Of a stretch of 64,000 bases of DNA, positions 60,740-64,000 are shown piece after piece. The notes below the pieces were generated by a model. It worked only from the letters and a program-made list of their open reading frames with translations, was not told the origin of the DNA and searched no databases. The number at the start of each line of letters is the position of its first letter. Within the stretch, counting starts at the first letter, position 1. A program made the position numbers and the translations under genes. This DNA is from Amoebidium appalachense. Lineage: Eukaryota; Protista; Ichthyosporea. The stretch lies in the NCBI GenBank assembly GCA_963693365.1, contig CAVNZM010000003.1, forward strand, positions 5,730,009-5,794,008. Reading direction: 5' to 3'.

Positions 60740-61076
60740 GGTGATGGCGTGAATGGGTGTGGGTGTCGGAGGGCAGGGGAGAATGGAAGAGAGGGTGATG
60801 CATATATGTGATGTGAAGAAAAGAATGAGCACCCTTTGTGTAACGGTTGTAAAGAAAAGGACTGTTATATATAGCTAAGAGGTATTCTAGTTTGTATAAA
60901 TTGAGTTGTTTCACGGTGCATCAGTTTTTAATGCCGCTTATCCCCTGTGAAGTTGGCTCGGTTTCTTTTTTTTGGTCTTTACATGTTTGTTTGCGCATAT
61001 CAGCTGCAAACAGGCGGGAACGCATCCGATTGGTTTACCTTCTCAGGCCCCCCCCCCAGGCCCCCGGGCTCTTCCA

Positions 61077-61228
<152 letters not shown>

Positions 61229-61259
61229 CACGCACACATGTCACACAGGTGTACACATG

Positions 61260-64000
61260 TATGCAGACACTCGGGGGCCGGGGATGGGTGCCTGGAAGCC
61301 GGGGATGGGTGCCGTGCACACGTGCACGTTGCCGGGGGAGTCGGATGACCCGGGGCTGGACGGGGCCGAGTGGAACTCCGGAGACTCAGGACGAACCGGG
61401 GTCATATGACCGGGTACGTCGTCATCGACGGCAGGGGCCGGCAGCAGACGGAGGTTGCTGGCCGGTGTGTGTGTGTGTGTGTGTGCGTGTGGTGGGGGGG
61501 GGGGGGGGGGCACGGGGGCAGGCACACGACGGGGGGAACGACGGAGAATCACCGACGAAATTTCATCGTCATCGGAGTGGGGATCCAGGGACGGCAGGGA
61601 TGGTGCGACATCGAAATGTGATGGGAATATGAATTTGAACACGGATGAAAGTCGGATGGGGGACCGATGGTCACAGCTTTCGTTGACAAGAAATATGTTT
61701 TGGACAAGGAAAAGACTGAGGACGCCAGGTCCCGGAAGCCCCATTTACATCGTGATATTTATTGATCTGGGGGGCTTCCGTTCTGGGGTGACTCGATGTA
61801 TATCTACGTCACATGTTAAGCGCACAAGAGAAGGATAGTGTGTGTCCTCACACATGGATAAGGCTAGTACGTGGGTGCAAACATTTAAGCATGTGGATGC
61901 ATACTAGGGGTAGGGGGGGCGTCACAGTGTATGTCAGGGACAGGCAACCCTCCAAGCCATCCTCTAACCACACGTGGGCGGGCTGCAGTGCCTCTGAGGA
62001 TGACCTCACGTGGGTACACAACATAAAAGCAAAACATGTAAGCAGAGGCGAGCAAGAGCGAGAAGCAGACATAAATCTTCCGGATGTACATGTTGAAATA
62101 CTATCGTGATTGGGTATATACACGTAGTTTGCGCAAACGACGGCTGTTCAGACTGAAGGAAAACACACGACTCTAGTGATCGTCAGGTAGTGATCTTAAC
62201 CACCGTGTGGGCACAAGCAAAGTCCGAGACTCACACCCTCCGGCAAACGTGTGCTGGGCTTATTGTCTGGCCGGCACCCATTATGCGGGATTAGCAGCAC
62301 ACGGGGGTGGCGTTTCTCGTGCTTTGCTTATACGCACAAAGTATCAGGACCAAAACTTGCCGATCACTGTGGTCGTGTGTGGAAAATGGAAAAAATGATG
62401 CGCTCAGGAGAAATGGGCTAGTGCGAAAACCGAGTTGTGTGTGCTACAATATGAAAAATGATATGGCTGTTGCAAAAAAATGGCCTCATTGCGGGGCGAC
62501 GTCCAAATATGTCAGCAAATGCATCCTCGTGTATCCGTAGTTATCCGTGGGCTGCTGTGACCATCCGTCCGTAAAAATGAGCTATCGTAGCATGCTAGCA
62601 GAGCGTGCGTGTGGAAGCGTGTTTACCTGGTTACCCCCGAGGGAGACCTTCCTTTTCTGCTACCATCATGCGACATCGAAATGTGATGGGAATATGAATT
62701 TGAACACGGATGAAAGTCCGATTGGGGACGGATGGTCACAGCTTTCGTTGGCAAGAAATATGTTTTGGACAAGGAAAAGACTGAGGACGCCAGGTCCCGG
62801 AAGCCCCGTTTACATTGTGATGTTTATTGATCTGGGGGGCTTCCGTGTCTGGGGTGACTCGATGTATATCTACGTCACAATGGATCGATTGAGGTCGGCT
62901 GATTGGTGGCCTGCACAGAAATCTGATTGCCGTGGTGAATTGTGATTCGTTGAAGACGACATCGCAGTAGATTTTGACCATGTTGCCTCGTAGATTCATG
63001 ATCTTGTGAGCCTTGTTGGTGATGTCCCAGCCCACGTAGGTGCCGAATTTGACGGTAGAGGCCAACTTGTCTCGTTTTGATGCAGGGACGTGTACAGTAG
63101 GCTGGGCTGGGCAGCCGAACACGTGCAGGTGGGAGATGTCATGTTGACACTGTAGAAGACTTCAAACGGTGTACGGCCGTTGGCAGTTCTGGCCGGGGTC
63201 ACGTTGATGATGTAGGCAGCATGCTTGAGAGCAGCCCCCCACAGCTTGGGGGAAAGGGAGTCGTCCTTGTCCTGGTGAAGGAAGCACCGAACGATCTCTT
63301 GCAGATCCCTCATCTTACGTTCAACGAAGCCGTTGAGCTGAGGGCAGTCAACCGGGGCAAATTCCTGAACGATGCCCTTGGACTGGCAGTACTGCTCCAT
63401 GGCATGGGAGGTGAACTCGGACCCGGAGTCGGAGCGGAAGTGGGTCACCACCTTGTCGGGTTGCTTGTCGATACTCACTCTCGACCAGGGCCTCAGGCTT
63501 GACGTACTCGAGAGTCTCTGATCGATCACGGAGGAGGTACACGATGGTGTAGCCGGAGGCATCACAGGTACACACGAGGGCCACCTTGTAGCCACTGGCA
63601 CCATAGGAGGCACAGGGAGGCTCGAAGAAGTCCATGTGCCACTTGGCACCGGGGAAGGGGCACTGGGTTCTGGTGCCGGGGAATGGGGCCTTGGTGGTCT
63701 TGTCGGAGACACAGCCGAAGCAATCAGTGGTGTCAGCCACCGAGAGGGATGAGGGGAGGCCTGTCACGAGGTCACCTCTCACCATCTTGGTGAGGGTGGG
63801 CATGGCACGGTGGCCGAGACGATGGTGCCAGAGCTTGGGATCAATGTTGACCTTGACGTTGGCAACCAGGGCAGTGACGGACCCGGGGGATGGAGGGGAC
63901 GACGTATCTCATAGTCGGTGATGAAGTACAGTTCATGGTTGCCGGTGAGGGAACACACGATGTTGCCACCATGAGTGTAGTCTAAGAGATAGGAGGGGAA
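61260..64000 (-). mobile_element. Degenerate Ty1/copia LTR retrotransposon (GAG-pre-integrase, integrase core, SH3-like fold, linker); continues beyond the window end
   Basis: WHHRLGH..CFGCVSDK, WHMDFFEP, CDASGYTIV, FRSDSGSEF, PQLNGFVERKMR, RTPFEVF, FGCPA..KRDKL..GTYVGWD. Frameshifted; no RT follows within the window. Left end approximate. Confidence 0.9.
61814..62668. mobile_element. Solo-LTR-like 855-bp insertion inside the copia remnant
   Basis: Starts with TG and ends with CA; flanked by ~210-bp direct repeats of copia interior (61604-61813 and 62669-62879). Confidence 0.7.

Overview
Intron-rich eukaryotic DNA read in the standard code with GT-AG introns. An SH2 plus tyrosine-kinase gene suggests a holozoan, possibly unicellular; this is inference. 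Introns are saturated with poly-G/C, (CA/TG)n and (CT/GA)n tracts, so almost all entries in the ORF track are low-complexity noise. Genes rebuilt by hand from splice sites: (1) 22583 to <117 (-), a multi-exon ANK-SAM-like-SH3-like-SH2-tyrosine kinase whose DFG motif is replaced by GFA; (2) ~23358-23825 (-), a small uncharacterised protein; (3) 28609-39012 (+), a USP44/USP49-type deubiquitinase; (4) 51163-58575 (+), a THEM4-like hot-dog thioesterase; (5) 60306-60739 (-), an intronless Bacillus bsr-like (blasticidin S/cytidine) deaminase with two homopolymer frameshifts. Mobile DNA: a degenerate full-length LINE carrying two LTR-type insertions, a 5'-truncated LINE with a TSD, a Ty1/copia remnant containing a solo-LTR-like segment flanked by a ~210-bp duplication, a MITE and a 380-bp foldback. 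The strongest novelty candidates are an unclassified ~100-180 bp intronic repeat family tied to G/C homopolymers (about 10 copies, one apparently seeding a 43-bp satellite), repeated tandem duplication of 3' splice sites, (CA)n in place of the polypyrimidine tract, the kinase architecture and the probable horizontally acquired bsr gene. All coordinates were read by eye, and no database search was run.
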